Assembly (NCBI GenBank): GCA_042095375.1
Contig: JBELBJ010000003.1
Span: forward strand, 45,544-82,365
DNA length: 36,822 nucleotides
DNA from: Marinoscillum sp.
GTDB lineage: Bacteria > Bacteroidota > Bacteroidia > Cytophagales > MED-G16
Reading direction: 5' to 3'
Shown here piece after piece: positions 36,150-36,822 of the stretch. A program made the position numbers and the translations under genes. A model generated the notes under the pieces. The model made no database searches. It was not told where the DNA came from and saw only the letters and a list, made by a program, of their open reading frames with translations. The stretch's first letter is position 1, and the number at the start of each line of letters is the position of its first letter.

Positions 36150-36822
36150 TTAATTCAGATTTTATTATATTTTTTTTCATGATTTCTTTTTCGAATTTTC
36201 TCATAACATAAAGATGTATTTTAGCTTGACTATTTTTGTAGATTATCCATGGAAGTTTTGGAATAAACTCATGAATAGCAATCATAATATAATTATTATT
36301 AAGTATTGATCTAAACTCAAGCCAGCCTAAGTTTTTTCTTTTTGTTAAAACACCTCCTGTAATATAAAAAAGCTTTCTGTCTCTACTACTTCTATTTCTA
36401 ATTAACTCTAGTTTAAGAAGATTTATTTTGCCCAGATAAAAAATTAAATTATTTCCATCAAATTTTGGGTTTATAATATTTACAAACTTTTTGCTTATCC
36501 ATACTGGAAAATAATCCGCTACTTTTTCTGCTGAATATTTATTTGGATTATATATTCTCTGTACACTTCTAACTGTATTTTTTTCGAATTTAATTTTATT
36601 GAAGCTGGGTAATTTTGGAGCTTCTAATTTAAGAGCTTTCACGATACTATCATCTAACTTTCTAAAGTTGATATTAAATAAATTTTGATTTTCTTTATCT
36701 GGAACCATTTTATGTTTCAGACTTTCAACTAATGGAGAAATAAGGTTTAAACTAGTATTAGTAAACAAACTAACCCAAAGCTTTGAGAGACCTAAAGAGA
36801 ACAAAGGAATTGAAAAGATTAT
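36139..36822 (-). CDS. 3' part of an atypical SDR/NAD(P)-binding (YbjT-like) protein with a C-terminal extra domain; 5' end is outside the window
   Basis: The frame stays open past 36804 to the window edge (IIFSIPLFSLGLSKLWVSLFT...PLVESLKH, like the YbjT core end), followed by VRSVQR...LFYITGG.L...LEFR...IHEF.P.LPW..Y..SQA..HL.VM..F. Confidence 0.65.
   Translation of the reverse strand: MIFSIPLFSLGLSKLWVSLFTNTSLNLISPLVESLKHKMVPDKENQNLFNINFRKLDDSIVKALKLEAPKLPSFNKIKFEKNTVRSVQRIYNPNKYSAEKVADYFPVWISKKFVNIINPKFDGNNLIFYLGKINLLKLELIRNRSSRDRKLFYITGGVLTKRKNLGWLEFRSILNNNYIMIAIHEFIPKLPWIIYKNSQAKIHLYVMRKFEKEIMKKNIIKSELNET

Noticed and set aside
1-36822. tRNA/rRNA, riboswitches (FMN at ribH, T-box at the synthetases), CRISPR, IS elements, defence systems, alternative genetic code
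   Set aside because: Intergenic gaps are at most ~115 nt and unstructured, there are no transposase, integrase or cas motifs, and the standard code gives full-length proteins with TGA used as stop.

Overview
This is a very AT-rich (roughly one-quarter GC by eye), gene-dense chromosomal segment from a Bacteroidota bacterium. TAnnTTTG promoter boxes, the lack of Shine-Dalgarno motifs and the recF/pdhA-TPR-ribH order suggest a streamlined, probably marine, Cytophagales-like organism (inference). It is mostly housekeeping genes: a Na+-translocating oxaloacetate decarboxylase operon (gamma/alpha/beta) running straight into thrB-thrC, LOG, glyQS, an MMPL/RND transporter, ileS (type 2), lspA, DUF721-recF, pdhA, ribH, nhaD, anmK, an envelope-biogenesis operon (FadL/BamG-like barrel, TPR protein, lptC, HlyC/CorC, PpiD-like), DUF493, phhB, rsmI, DUF4105/Lnb-like, recX, gpmI and kynU. 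I saw no RNA genes, mobile elements or CRISPR arrays. The most unusual item is a 637-aa gene (23152-25065) lying between the TPR gene and lptC. It fuses about 3 transmembrane helices and a long coiled coil to a diverged copy of the C-terminal ~120 aa of the TPR protein encoded just upstream, which makes it a candidate trans-periplasmic envelope component. Secondary points are the oad-thrBC arrangement without thrA, the missing coaX, face-to-face promoters, a possibly leaderless glyQS and a Pseudomonas-type kynureninase. All family calls come from motif recognition, not database searches.
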